Of a stretch of DNA of 5,898 bases, positions 5,263 to 5,898 are shown piece after piece. The notes under the pieces were generated by a model. The model did not search any database and was not told the DNA's origin. It was given only the letters and a program-made list of their open reading frames with translations. Position 1 is the first letter of the stretch. The number at the start of each line of letters is the position of its first letter. Made by a program: the position numbers and the translations under genes. The DNA is from a virus. The stretch is taken from the IMG/VR virus record IMGVR_UViG_3300029384_000086, positions 1 to 5,898 of that record; one strand, written 5' to 3'.

Positions 5263-5898
5263 TGAGCGGCACTTCAATCAAGTACCAGAAACACACGTCA
5301 GCCGAACACGCTTCAATCGAGACCAAACTATTCTCACAACATTCGATGCGGGAAAACTTATCCCATTTTACGTTGATGAGGTTCTTCCGGGCGACACTTT
5401 CAGCGTGGACACGGCGGCAATCATCCGAATGACAACGCCGAAATATCCAGTAATGGACGATGCATATATCGACATCTATTACTTCTATTGTCCGAACAAA
5501 ATTATTTGGGAAAACTTCAAGCGATTCATGGGAGAAGCAGACGAAATCCCGTGGATGCCGGAAAAAACATATCGAGTACCCAAAATAATCGTAGAAGGAA
5601 ATTCGAGTGATGAAAACAAGAGAGGGCCAAAAGAAGGAAGCATCCTCGACTACATGGGAATACCGACAAAGGTAGAAGGAAGAATCGAGATCAACGCGCT
5701 ACCGGTCAGAGCATATGTAAAAATTTGGAACGAATATTTTCGAGACCAAAATGTAGACAATCCGGCGGTATTCTTAACGGACGATGATGACGCAGATTAC
5801 TACGACAGAGGCCCAGACGAACAGGAACTCTTAATGAACGCAAGACTGGGAGGGCAATGCTTACCGGTAAATAAATTCCACGACTACTTCACAAGTTG
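5249..5898 (+). CDS. VP1: Major capsid protein VP1, N-terminal part (MNRNNERHFNQVPETHVSRTRFNRDQ…). It is open to the window end and continues at position 1.
   Basis: The ATG at 5249 follows AAGGAG. By hand translation the frame is continuous through 5898 and into 1..1148. Confidence 0.88.
   Translation, partial: MNRNNERHFNQVPETHVSRTRFNRDQTILTTFDAGKLIPFYVDEVLPGDTFSVDTAAIIRMTTPKYPVMDDAYIDIYYFYCPNKIIWENFKRFMGEADEIPWMPEKTYRVPKIIVEGNSSDENKRGPKEGSILDYMGIPTKVEGRIEINALPVRAYVKIWNEYFRDQNVDNPAVFLTDDDDADYYDRGPDEQELLMNARLGGQCLPVNKFHDYFTS
5781..5898. repeat. Terminal redundancy: 118 bp identical to positions 1-118. This is a circular-genome assembly overlap; the unit genome is 5,780 bp.
   Basis: Direct string identity, 5781-5898 = 1-118, checked at both ends. 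Confidence 0.95.

Noticed and set aside
363-5326. All minus-strand ORFs in the track: 363..686, 1516..1722, 1625..1810, 1723..1938, 2464..2664, 2704..2928, 3362..3553, 3393..3644, 3660..3941, 4239..4508, 4336..4701, 4590..4979, 4769..4972, 4888..5277, 5105..5326.
   Set aside because: Each lies antisense to a conserved + strand gene or within the repeat region. None has a plausible RBS. Microviridae are transcribed from one strand only. The Cys/Leu/Phe-rich composition is typical of antisense frames of A-rich coding DNA.

Overview
The window is a complete circular genome of a gokushovirus-like Microviridae ssDNA phage, about 5,780 bp, given with a 118-bp terminal overlap (positions 5781-5898 repeat 1-118). 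All credible genes are on the + strand.

Gene order: major capsid VP1 (5249..end, wrapping to 1..1148), minor capsid/pilot VP2, rolling-circle replication initiator VP4, then an unusually long control and accessory region of about 1.5 kb, then the small DNA-binding protein VP5, the internal scaffold protein VP3, and back to VP1. Intrinsic terminator-like hairpins follow VP1 and VP4.

The VP4-VP5 interval is the part worth attention. It contains:
- a ~700-bp non-coding region with three unrelated repeat or hairpin families: four ATTAGTCTAA iterons, a GC-rich palindrome island abutting an AT-rich TATTATAATATAAC tract, and ten ATGTTGAAAAC direct repeats;
- a second GC-rich compound hairpin;
- a textbook consensus sigma70 promoter (TTGACA, 17 bp spacer, TGgTACAAT);
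- a tightly packed cassette driven by that promoter: a 58-aa ORF, a Peptidase_M15_3 zinc peptidoglycan peptidase with no holin or signal peptide, a 34-aa ORF, and an 81-aa acidic ORF.

Minus-strand ORFs in the track lie antisense to conserved genes and are treated as spurious.
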